Positions 9,273 through 17,613 of a stretch of 25,267 nt of DNA are shown here, piece after piece. How positions within the stretch are numbered: the stretch's first letter is position 1; every line of letters starts with the position of its first letter. The DNA is from Oligoflexus sp. (GTDB taxonomy: Bacteria; Bdellovibrionota_B; Oligoflexia; Oligoflexales; Oligoflexaceae), in contig JBGSTX010000097.1 of NCBI GenBank assembly GCA_041736305.1, forward strand, positions 1 through 25,267, given 5' to 3'. The notes under the pieces were generated by a model that was not told where the DNA came from, did no database searches, and was given only the letters and a program-made list of their open reading frames with translations. The translations under genes were made by a program, and so were the position numbers.

Positions 9273-9563
9273 ATGGGACCCGCAATCGCTGATGGACTCG
9301 CTGCAGTGCTGAGCATGTTCTTTAACATGATACAGCTCTTAGTCTTGGCATCTGTGATCGTAAGCTGGGTTGGGGACCGAGACAACGTGATCGTACAGAT
9401 GATATATAATATCACTGAGCCTATCTATCGGCCTCTCCGCCGCCTGACTTCGCGCATTCCTGGCCCCTTTGATTGGGCCCCTCTCTTAGTGATCGCGATT
9501 ATTATTTTCCTCGAGCGAGTTTTGATACAAACGCTTACTAATTACGCTCGCTCGGCCATGTGA
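9273..9563 (+). CDS. yggT: YggT family membrane protein
   Basis: Motifs VIVSWV..D, N.IVQMIYNITEPIYRPLRR and D.APL. GGAGG lies 6 nt before ATG 9273. Confidence 0.9.
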   Translation: MGPAIADGLAAVLSMFFNMIQLLVLASVIVSWVGDRDNVIVQMIYNITEPIYRPLRRLTSRIPGPFDWAPLLVIAIIIFLERVLIQTLTNYARSAM

Positions 9564-9602
9564 AGGCCTCAGTTTAAAAAATAAATCTAGAGGTTGATGA
9601 CG

Positions 9603-10301
9603 ATGTTTAAGCGTCTGAAGGACTTCATTGTGCCAGGAGCAGGGATAATTCTTTGCACTGGTCTACTTTGGAAGACTTATCCGAGCCGAGTTAGCGGGCT
9701 TTACGCGTCCTATGATGGTCTAGTGGCTCCCCCTCTCTCAGAGCTAAGACCAGATATAGTGAATATCCTCACTCTCGGGCACAAGAATATCTATGATAAC
9801 TTTATCAACATCTGGCTGCTGCAGCTCTTGATCGACCCAGATAAGAGCGTCGATCCTGAGCGAATGATGACGGCTATTCGGGCTGTTATTCGCCACACAC
9901 CTAAGCTTGAGACCATCTATATGCTCTCTTGCTTCACCATGTATTTAGATTATAAAAAGCCAGAAAACTGCCAAGAGATTATCCTCGCGGGTCTCCAAGT
10001 CTTTCCCCAAAGTTGGCGACTACCCATGACCCAGGCCTTCGTCCATTATTTTCTCCTGAAGGAGCCAGCCCAAGCGGCAAGTTTTTTTCAGATGGCTGCT
10101 TCGCGCCCCAATTCACCTCCCTACGTGCAAAACCTCGTCCAAAAGCTCTTGAGCGAAAATAAGCTGGACCCTGAAGATGTAGAACGCAGCCTTGGAATCC
10201 TCGGAGCTCATCCTGCGAATCAAGAGTTCGTCAAAATCCTGCGAAGCTTTGGTAAGATGAATGAAACTGCACCGAGTGCAGCTCAGCCCAGCCGTGAGTA
10301 A
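9603..10301 (+). CDS. Membrane-anchored TPR-like protein, PilG-like ABC accessory protein
   Basis: N-terminal hydrophobic anchor, pattern W(L)..(L)Q...Y...G...FP.SWRLP...F.HYF.L...QAA..F..AA.RP.SP.Y..NL..KL. It sits directly upstream of an ABC ATPase and permease, as in myxobacterial pilGHI. Confidence 0.6.
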   Translation: MFKRLKDFIVPGAGIILCTGLLWKTYPSRVSGLYASYDGLVAPPLSELRPDIVNILTLGHKNIYDNFINIWLLQLLIDPDKSVDPERMMTAIRAVIRHTPKLETIYMLSCFTMYLDYKKPENCQEIILAGLQVFPQSWRLPMTQAFVHYFLLKEPAQAASFFQMAASRPNSPPYVQNLVQKLLSENKLDPEDVERSLGILGAHPANQEFVKILRSFGKMNETAPSAAQPSRE

Positions 10302-10324
10302 TTAAGAGGAGCGCAGGGAAACTC

Positions 10325-11290
10325 ATGTCGCAAAATTTTATTCTTGAGATTAAAAATCTCAAAAAAACGTATGATTACGATCTCTTCAAAAAGCCTCAGA
10401 CTATTTTGAGCGGACTCAGCTGCGGCTTTCTCGAAGGCCAGTGCACAGCCCTTATGGGCCACAACGGAGCTGGAAAGACGACCACTATTCGCACAATTTT
10501 TGGTCTCATCAAACCCGACGCTGGTGAAGTGCTCTTCAAGGGCCGCCCACTCTCTCGCAAGGATAAGGCTCATATCGGTTATATGCCGGAGACCAACAAA
10601 CTCCCCATCAATCTCACTTGCGAGGAAATTCTTTTGCACCAACTGCGGGTCTTTCGGCCGCAGGCTTTGAAGAGTCGCCACTATCGTGATGCGGTCTCTG
10701 AAAAGCTGAAAGAAATTGGCCTCTGGGATCATCGCCAAAAGCGGGTAGGCAAACTGTCGAAGGGCATGGGGCGGAGACTCTCATGGGCTCAGGCGACTAT
10801 TCATCGACCCGACCTGATTATATTAGATGAGCCCATGTCAGGCTTAGACCCTCTCGGCCAAAAGCTAATGGTCAGCCTGATCAGCAAGCTTCGAGAAGAA
10901 AACGTCAGCATTATCCTGTGCAGCCACGAGCTCTACTTCATTCAGGATCTCTGCGATCAAGCTCATATTCTCAATCACGGTAAATTGGTCTTTTCCACTC
11001 TAGAGGAAAAGGACGCAGAGTCTGCGCCGAAGCCTCGCCACCGTCTGGTTCTATCTGGTTGTGATCTATCCAGTCTCGAGACTCTCCGCGATTCGAGCCG
11101 CCTACCGGAGTGGACCTCAGTTCAGGTCCGGGCGCTGAGAATCGAATTGAATTTCCAGCAGTATGCAGACGCCATGAAGTGGCTACAAGCGAGCTTGCTC
11201 AAGGGTTTTTTAGTGGTTGATTTTAAAAAGTCTTCACAGTTCGATGAGGATTTTTTGATTCAGTATTTTGGTGAGGAGCGCAGCGCGTGA
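10325..11290 (+). CDS. ABC transporter ATP-binding protein (PilH/CcmA-like exporter type)
   Basis: Walker A GHNGAGKTT, Q-loop region GYMPE, signature LSKGM, Walker B LIILDEP and H-loop CSHEL. GAGGAG upstream. Confidence 0.93.
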   Translation: MSQNFILEIKNLKKTYDYDLFKKPQTILSGLSCGFLEGQCTALMGHNGAGKTTTIRTIFGLIKPDAGEVLFKGRPLSRKDKAHIGYMPETNKLPINLTCEEILLHQLRVFRPQALKSRHYRDAVSEKLKEIGLWDHRQKRVGKLSKGMGRRLSWAQATIHRPDLIILDEPMSGLDPLGQKLMVSLISKLREENVSIILCSHELYFIQDLCDQAHILNHGKLVFSTLEEKDAESAPKPRHRLVLSGCDLSSLETLRDSSRLPEWTSVQVRALRIELNFQQYADAMKWLQASLLKGFLVVDFKKSSQFDEDFLIQYFGEERSA

Positions 11291-12057
11291 TAGCTTTAGC
11301 ATCGATTGCACTCGAAACTTTTCTCCGGCTTCGTCGCGACAAGATATTCTTACCGGCTGCTCTTATCGGCGGCGGTCTGCTAGGCCTATCCGGTTTGGCA
11401 AGCTATTGGGGAGTAGAAGAATTCTTTAAAATCCTCTTTGACCTTGGCACGAGTGTCTACCTATTCACCGGCACGACGGTGGCGATTTTCTGGGGTCACA
11501 AGATAATCGCTGATTCTAAGCAAGAAGGTTCTCTCGAAGTCCAGCTAGCTTCACCTGTTAGCCGTTCTGTGTGGCTACTTGGAAAATTTCTTGGACTGCT
11601 GGGCGGACTTTCAGCACTGGCTGTGGTTTTCCTCATCGCTTGGCAGGGAATTTATCTTGGATATGGGATCGGCTGGCTTACGGCTAAAGACGTTATCATA
11701 TTTCTCCTCCTCAGCCTATCTTGGGTCATCATGGGGGCTGTATCCATATTTTTCGCGAGCATTTCCCAAGGAGCCGTGGCACTTTTTTGTTCCATCTGGG
11801 TTTTTGTCCTAGGCTTGCTATCAGCACCGATTATGCAGACCTTAGCCCCGGATACGCCGCCAGCAACGAGAAAGGCTGTGGAAATCTTAGCGGGACTCTG
11901 GAATCTACACAGCTTCAACCTTGGCAGCTACGGGGGTGGTGCTCATTTCGTCAGCCACTTCGAGCTTCTCTCCCGTGCCGCTTACGGATTTTTGCTCCTA
12001 GGGTTCTTGCTCTCGCTCGCTTGCTTTTTCTTTCAGAGGAAAGACATCGTCGCCTAA
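11287..12057 (+). CDS. ABC-2 type permease (PilI/NosY-like)
   Basis: About 6 hydrophobic segments, motifs IALETF...RRDKI, LASPVSR...LLGKFLG and C-terminal FQRKDI. The GTG start overlaps the ATPase stop (GTGA). Confidence 0.88.
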   Translation: MIALASIALETFLRLRRDKIFLPAALIGGGLLGLSGLASYWGVEEFFKILFDLGTSVYLFTGTTVAIFWGHKIIADSKQEGSLEVQLASPVSRSVWLLGKFLGLLGGLSALAVVFLIAWQGIYLGYGIGWLTAKDVIIFLLLSLSWVIMGAVSIFFASISQGAVALFCSIWVFVLGLLSAPIMQTLAPDTPPATRKAVEILAGLWNLHSFNLGSYGGGAHFVSHFELLSRAAYGFLLLGFLLSLACFFFQRKDIVA

Positions 12058-12117
12058 GCACTCCGCCGGCGGACAAAAGCGATTAAAATCAACTAAGAGT
12101 TTCAGAAGAGGTGATCG

Positions 12118-12477
12118 ATGTCACGGGCAATTTCGCAGAATATCGCATGGATTTCGGCTTTTCTGCTGAGCTCCTTAGTATTTGCGCTAGTATTGGGACT
12201 AGTCCTGGTTATCCGCCCGGCTCAGTCTGATAAACATACGATTGCGTCTAAAGGCGCACACGGAGAAGGCGAGTCAGCAGCCAAAGGTGGGGCCGAACAT
12301 GCATCTCCTGCTCACGAAGCTCCTCACGACGCCGCAGCCCACGATTCAGCCCACGATAAAAGCAGACCTGAGAAACCTGCTGCGGTGCATAGCGAAGCAG
12401 CAGAAGAAGAAATTTCTGCTGAGTCCTTTAAAAAGCCCTCAGCATCGGGAGCTCATGAGGAGCATCCAAAGCACTGA
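12118..12477 (+). CDS. Hypothetical membrane-anchored His/Ala/Glu-rich protein
   Basis: GAGGTGA SD, one N-terminal TM segment and a low-complexity tail with 11 His. Confidence 0.7.
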   Translation: MSRAISQNIAWISAFLLSSLVFALVLGLVLVIRPAQSDKHTIASKGAHGEGESAAKGGAEHASPAHEAPHDAAAHDSAHDKSRPEKPAAVHSEAAEEEISAESFKKPSASGAHEEHPKH

Positions 12478-12600
12478 AATATACCTGCCATTTTGGTGTA
12501 TATTCCTTACTGACTTAAACTATACCTAAGCGCTGGATTCGATTATCATAGAAATGATTTGAAGTGGTCGCCGCTGAATTTCCTGAATTTAGGCGCTTAA

Positions 12601-12840
12601 ATGTCTGATAATAAGCAGAAGTCTAGAGACAATCTCATCGATTTGGCGAGTGAGCGGCAGCGTATGCATCAGCGAACGCAGTCCGCAAAGAAGCAGCAAA
12701 AAAGCAAGAAGACTAAGTCGGACCCCCCAAAAAAGCATTCCAAAAAAAATGCTAGCTCGATTCAGTGGTATCACTATATCCAGCTAGTCCTCTTTTTACT
12801 TGTTTTCGCCTATTTCATGCGGCTGTGCAAAGGCGGCTGA
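12601..12840 (+). CDS. Hypothetical small basic protein with C-terminal transmembrane helix
   Basis: 79-aa ORF with a Lys/Gln-rich body and the hydrophobic end WYHYIQLVLFLLVFAYFMRL. It fills otherwise unexplained space. Confidence 0.6.
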   Translation: MSDNKQKSRDNLIDLASERQRMHQRTQSAKKQQKSKKTKSDPPKKHSKKNASSIQWYHYIQLVLFLLVFAYFMRLCKGG

Positions 12841-13143
12841 TTCACATCTTTGATCTTTTGATTCACCTCTCTTGAGGTAATCGTCCCACTCGACGGGAGT
12901 CAAACTTCGCTTTTGTTCATTGCAGGACTTGCAAGCAGGGACCAGGTTACCCGCCGTACTGCGTCCGCCTCGGCTGATCGGCACGATGTGATCCATGGTA
13001 ACTTCAGCTCGAGTCAGAATCTTCTCACAGTAATAGCAACTCGCTCGTTGGGTGAGATTGTGCCACCAGCGTGATTTCTTGAGCTCTTTGGCCTTAGCCC
13101 TTTCCCGCTGCATAGTTTCAAGATCAGGCTCAAAGTTAAACAT
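12796..13143 (-). CDS. Stand-alone HNH endonuclease (HNH_5/McrA-like)
   Basis: Motifs CYYC...TMDHIVPISRGG....NLVPACKSCNEQK. GGAGG precedes ATG 13143. Confidence 0.9.
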   Translation of the reverse strand: MFNFEPDLETMQRERAKAKELKKSRWWHNLTQRASCYYCEKILTRAEVTMDHIVPISRGGRSTAGNLVPACKSCNEQKRSLTPVEWDDYLKRGESKDQRCESAAFAQPHEIGENK

Positions 13144-13227
13144 GCCCTTGCCTCCACCCAAATCATTTTTCCATCTATATATGCCAATTAACCGGACGAA
13201 AAGCTCGAACTGCTTCTCCCCAGATTT

Positions 13228-13938
13228 TTAAGCGCCTAAACCTTCAAACCAAGTCAAAATACTCCTTTGGGATTCGCTCAGATCTTCTTTCCCGCGCAGA
13301 TAAGCTATCACGGAGATGAGATCCGATTCGCAATCCACGTCTTGCAAGGGCGGCAAAAAGACTTGCTTGGCCTGAGTGTGGGTACTAAGCCGCTCGCAGA
13401 GTTCGCTGCGTGTCGTTTCGCTGGAATAGGTGACCGACATCCACACCTCAGCAGGAATAGGGACCTGGCTCGCTAAAAGGTAAAAGCCCCCATCGACGGC
13501 CGGGCCGATTACTATATGTCCTTCTTCGCTCAATGCCAAAGCCGAGTCGATAAGCTCAAAAGAAATGTGAGGAGTATCCGCACCGAGCAGGAGCGCGTGC
13601 TTGTGCCGCCTAAGAAGCTCCCTGTAAACCTGGTCGAGACGCTTTCCAAGTCCACCTTCTCCCTGATGGAGCTGGGGCACTCCCGCCCACAGGGGGAAAT
13701 TTTGAGCGAAAATATTTTCTTCCGCAAGTGCCCAGTATAGCTGCAGACCTTCAACCTTCGAGAGAATTCCTTTAATTGCTTCGCAGGAAAGTCGGTAGAA
13801 GGTTTCTGCTGCTACTTGGCCAAGGCTTGCGGCAAGGCGCGTTTTAAGCGGCGAAAGACCTGGCGTTTTTACAAAGACGGCAGCGCCTGCCTGAGAGTCC
13901 TGATTCAAACCCTGTGATGGCTTTTCGGGCGTGTGCAT
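13228..13938 (-). CDS. TIGR04282/DUF2064 family transferase (GT-A fold, CofC-like)
   Basis: Motifs FVKTPG...KTRLA, QGEGGLGKRL, LGADTP, IGPAVDGGFYLL and DVD..DL. Start at ATG 13938, which follows GAAGGA. Confidence 0.85.
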   Translation of the reverse strand: MHTPEKPSQGLNQDSQAGAAVFVKTPGLSPLKTRLAASLGQVAAETFYRLSCEAIKGILSKVEGLQLYWALAEENIFAQNFPLWAGVPQLHQGEGGLGKRLDQVYRELLRRHKHALLLGADTPHISFELIDSALALSEEGHIVIGPAVDGGFYLLASQVPIPAEVWMSVTYSSETTRSELCERLSTHTQAKQVFLPPLQDVDCESDLISVIAYLRGKEDLSESQRSILTWFEGLGA

Positions 13939-14657
13939 GAGCGATTCCTTCTTCCAAAGCGTAGCAAGCACAGGCGACACCATTCAGGTGCAGCCTGTTT
14001 CCAGGTGAGAAATCCGTGGCGCAAAGTCGTATTCCACCAGCCGTTTCGCGTATATTTGCGGGCACTGGTTTCAATGGGAGTCGGAATGCGTCGAAGTTTC
14101 CAGGCTCGCTGACGCCAACGCCAGACGAACACATGATCTTCCCCGTAAGGAAGGTTTTCGGGAAAGCCTTGCAATTCCAGCCACTGGCTCTTTCGAAAAA
14201 TAAAACCTTGATCACCAAAGGGCATACCCAGCAACTGTGAGCGTAAACGAACGCCCCAGCTATTGAGCAGCATCCGCCTTCCACCATCGGCAAAGGTAAG
14301 ATCGAAATAATACAACTCGTCTTTAGCATTCTTTAGGGAAGCAAGCAGATGGGGCCATAATTTTTCTTCGAAGCGAGAATCAGCATGAAGTACCCAAACC
14401 CAAGTTCCTTCAGCTCCTTCGATTCCTCGATTGATTTGTTGGCCTCTACCAGAAGTGCCGCGGCAGATCCTGAGCTTAGTGAGGGATGCTGCGGCAGCCT
14501 GATAGAGCTTCATTTCTTCACGACTGGCGTCCTCGCTTACGGAAAGCCTGAGCTCTAAAACTTCATTTTGCCCCTCAAGCAAGGGCAAGAGCCTTTGCCA
14601 AGCAAGATCACCGCGCGCCACGGGAATAATTACACTGATACAGATAGCTTCGCTCAT
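13905..14657 (-). CDS. TIGR04283 family glycosyltransferase (GT2)
   Basis: Motifs ISVIIP, GRGQQINRG, LHADS, PFGDQG.IF, GFP...ED and TSARKY..NG. Start at ATG 14657, which follows AGGA. Confidence 0.87.
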   Translation of the reverse strand: MSEAICISVIIPVARGDLAWQRLLPLLEGQNEVLELRLSVSEDASREEMKLYQAAAASLTKLRICRGTSGRGQQINRGIEGAEGTWVWVLHADSRFEEKLWPHLLASLKNAKDELYYFDLTFADGGRRMLLNSWGVRLRSQLLGMPFGDQGFIFRKSQWLELQGFPENLPYGEDHVFVWRWRQRAWKLRRIPTPIETSARKYTRNGWWNTTLRHGFLTWKQAAPEWCRLCLLRFGRRNRSCTRPKSHHRV

Positions 14658-14784
14658 CGAACGTCCTGCTCTGGTGTCCAAAAGCCTTAACAGGGCTGTT
14701 CATCGGGGTCAACAAACTGATGCAAAGCCTCAGAAATAGGCGTATGCTCCGCGCACCCCATTGACACACTTCCGCGAGGTTTCC

Positions 14785-17481
14785 ATGGCGCAACAAAGAC
14801 TCGACTCCTTCAAATCTCACCAGACCCTGGCTGTGGACGGCAAGACTTACAAGTACTGTAGTCTTCCTGAGGCTTCCAAAAATGGCTTGGGAGATATCAG
14901 CCGTCTCCCTATGACTCTCAAAGTACTTCTCGAAAATCTTTTGCGCCATGAAGATGGCAATTTAGTGACGGCAGACGACGTGAGAGCCCTTCCAGCTTGG
15001 TTGAAGTCGAAGACTTCAACTCAAGAGATTGCTTTCCATCCTGCACGCGTCCTCATGCAGGATTTTACCGGTGTACCGGCGGTCGTCGACCTAGCTGCGA
15101 TGCGACAAGCCATGACAGATATGGGGGGAGACGCGAAGAAAATTAATCCACTCACTCCGGTAGACCTCGTCATTGACCACTCTATGATGGTCGATCACTT
15201 TGGAAGCGCCGACGCCCTCCAAAAAAACGTCGATCTCGAATTTTCCCGCAATATGGAACGCTATCAGTTCCTAAAATGGGCCCAGAACTCGCTCGATAAT
15301 TTCCGCGTTGTTCCCCCTGGGACCGGTATCTGCCATCAGGTCAATCTTGAGCATCTAGCCAAGGTAGTCTGGAGCAAAAAAGACAGCGATAGTTCTGATC
15401 CATGGGCCTACCCAGACACAGTCGTTGGCACAGACAGCCACACGACCATGGTGAATGGATTGGCGGTACTGGGTTGGGGTGTCGGCGGTATCGAAGCTGA
15501 AGCGGCTATGCTGAACCAGCCCGTTGCAATGATCCTTCCCGATGTCGTTGGTTTCCGCTTGAGCGGAACTCTCCGCGAAGGTGTAACGGCGACAGATCTC
15601 GTTCTCACCGTGGTCGAAACCCTTAGGAAAATCGGCGTTGTCGAAAAATTCGTAGAGTTTTTTGGAAGCGGACTCGATCATCTAGGACTTGCTGACCGAG
15701 CTACGATAGCTAATATGGCCCCGGAATATGGTGCCACCTGCGGTTTTTTCCCGATCGACGACGAAACCATTCGTTATCTTCGCCTGACAGGACGTGAGGC
15801 TCATCAGATCAAGCTGGTCGAAACCTACGCCAAAGCCCAGGGCCTATGGCGAGATAATAGAGTAGAAGCCTCCTACACGCAAATCGTCGAACTCAGCCTA
15901 GACACGATCGAGCCAAGCTTGGCGGGACCTGCGCGTCCGCAGGACAGAATAACTTTGGGTAAGGTCAAAACCAACTTTAAGGACCAGTTGCCCAAGATCT
16001 TCAAAGTCCCAGCGGCTGAGGCTCGTTCAGCTGCTCCGGTCGAAGGCGAAAGCTATCAACTTCATCATGGCGACGTTGTAATTGCATCGATCACGAGCTG
16101 CACGAATACTTCGAATCCTTCAGTGCTGATTGGAGCAGGGATCCTCGCTAAGAAGGCCGTCGAACTCGGCCTCAAATCCAAGCCTTGGGTAAAGACCTCG
16201 CTCGCGCCCGGTTCCCAAGTTGTAACAGATTATCTTGAGCAGTCAGGATTGCAGGCCTACCTCGACCAACTTGGCTTTCAAACAGTTGGCTACGGTTGTG
16301 CAACTTGCATCGGTAACTCAGGTCCTCTTCCTGAGAAGATCTCCAAGACGATCAACGACAGTAATCTGGTCGCAGCCGCTGTTCTCTCAGGTAACCGCAA
16401 CTTCGAAGGCCGGATTAGCCCTGACGTGAAGGCCAACTATCTTGCCTCACCTCCCCTGGTTGTGGCCTATGCACTGGCTGGATCGATGAACGTTGATCTG
16501 GCTACCGAATCTCTCGGCAAAGGTAAAGATGGCAAAGATGTTTTTCTAAAAGACATCTGGCCAAGCAACCACGAGATCAGCAGTACGATTTCCATGACTC
16601 TCAACCCTGAAATGTTCAAGAAGCGTTATGATAACGTCGCTCTTGGACCAAAACAATGGCAAGCAATCAAGGCGAGCAAGGGACTGACTTTTGATTGGGT
16701 CGACAGCAGTACCTACGTGCGGAATCCGCCCTACTTCGAAAAAATGTCTAAAACTGCCGTCGGCATCCAGGACATTGTCGGAGCAAGACCTCTCGCCATA
16801 CTCGGCGATAGCGTGACCACCGATCATATCTCTCCGGCTGGCAATATAAGCGCCAAGGGGCCTGCAGGCAGCTATCTGCAAGGGCACGGAGTTAAGGCCG
16901 TGGACTTCAATTCCTACGGTGCACGCCGTGGAAACCACGAAGTCATGATGCGAGGCACCTTTGCCAATATCCGCATCAAAAATGAAATGCTGGGCGGCAA
17001 AGAAGGCGGCAACACCAAGTTCATCCCTAGTGGTGAGGAGATGTCCATCTACGACGCAGCCATGCGTTACAAGGAGCAAAAAACCCCTCTAGTCGTCATA
17101 GGTGGCAAAGAATACGGTACTGGCTCGTCTCGGGACTGGGCAGCGAAAGGCACCAACCTATTGGGTGTACGCGCTGTCATCGTTGAATCGTTTGAACGCA
17201 TCCACCGCTCTAACCTCATCGGGATGGGAGTACTCCCACTCTTTTTTGTGGACGGTCAGGATCGTAAAAAATTAAAGCTCAGTGGCGACGAGGTTTTTGA
17301 CATTAAAGGCCTCAAGGGGATGAAGCCTCGACAACGTCTGAACTGCACCATCCACAGGGCTAACGGAAGCGTCGAAAATATCCAAGTCCAGAGCGCGATC
17401 TTCAGTGAAGATGAGCTTGCCTATTTTGATAATGGTGGAATTTTGCAATATGTTCTTCGCCGCTTAAGCGGCAACATTTAG
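14785..17481 (+). CDS. acnA: Aconitate hydratase A
   Basis: Motifs RVLMQDFTGVPAVVDLA, GTDSHT, ITSCTNTSNP, GYGCATCIGNSG (Fe-S cysteines), TTDHISPAG and GSSRDWAAKG. Start at ATG 14785, which follows GAGG. Confidence 0.98.
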   Translation: MAQQRLDSFKSHQTLAVDGKTYKYCSLPEASKNGLGDISRLPMTLKVLLENLLRHEDGNLVTADDVRALPAWLKSKTSTQEIAFHPARVLMQDFTGVPAVVDLAAMRQAMTDMGGDAKKINPLTPVDLVIDHSMMVDHFGSADALQKNVDLEFSRNMERYQFLKWAQNSLDNFRVVPPGTGICHQVNLEHLAKVVWSKKDSDSSDPWAYPDTVVGTDSHTTMVNGLAVLGWGVGGIEAEAAMLNQPVAMILPDVVGFRLSGTLREGVTATDLVLTVVETLRKIGVVEKFVEFFGSGLDHLGLADRATIANMAPEYGATCGFFPIDDETIRYLRLTGREAHQIKLVETYAKAQGLWRDNRVEASYTQIVELSLDTIEPSLAGPARPQDRITLGKVKTNFKDQLPKIFKVPAAEARSAAPVEGESYQLHHGDVVIASITSCTNTSNPSVLIGAGILAKKAVELGLKSKPWVKTSLAPGSQVVTDYLEQSGLQAYLDQLGFQTVGYGCATCIGNSGPLPEKISKTINDSNLVAAAVLSGNRNFEGRISPDVKANYLASPPLVVAYALAGSMNVDLATESLGKGKDGKDVFLKDIWPSNHEISSTISMTLNPEMFKKRYDNVALGPKQWQAIKASKGLTFDWVDSSTYVRNPPYFEKMSKTAVGIQDIVGARPLAILGDSVTTDHISPAGNISAKGPAGSYLQGHGVKAVDFNSYGARRGNHEVMMRGTFANIRIKNEMLGGKEGGNTKFIPSGEEMSIYDAAMRYKEQKTPLVVIGGKEYGTGSSRDWAAKGTNLLGVRAVIVESFERIHRSNLIGMGVLPLFFVDGQDRKKLKLSGDEVFDIKGLKGMKPRQRLNCTIHRANGSVENIQVQSAIFSEDELAYFDNGGILQYVLRRLSGNI

Positions 17482-17492
17482 TGCTCGATCTT

Positions 17493-17519
17493 AGCGCCTT
17501 CCCAGCGGAGGCGCTTTCT
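17493..17519 (+). terminator. Intrinsic terminator after acnA
   Basis: AGCGCCTTC-CCAGC-GGAGGCGCT stem-loop followed by TTCT, 11 nt after the stop codon. Confidence 0.65.
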
Positions 17520-17534
17520 CCTTCGATCCTTCCC

Positions 17535-17561
17535 TAACGCTCGCTAGTTTCCATCCGATAC
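17535..17561 (+). promoter_or_regulatory. Putative sigma28 (FliA)-type promoter
   Basis: TAAC-N15-TCCGATAC compared with the consensus TAAA-N15-GCCGATAA, with exact 15-nt spacing, upstream of the histidine kinase. Confidence 0.5.
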
Positions 17562-17613
17562 CTTAATGTTAGGAATCCGTATACGAATCATTCGTTGGAG
17601 CACTACGCTGAGG

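Noticed and set aside
12796..13143. HNH gene as a homing endonuclease or Cas9/IscB remnant
   Set aside because: It is not inside an intron or intein, and there are no RuvC motifs, repeats or transposon ends. It is a short stand-alone HNH.
13844..14329. 161-aa alternative-frame ORF, and similar nested or antisense ORFs such as 4385-4762, 10283-10738, 16546-17079, 23656-24135 and 24643-25188
   Set aside because: They overlap well-supported genes almost entirely and show no recognisable motifs, as expected for shadow ORFs.
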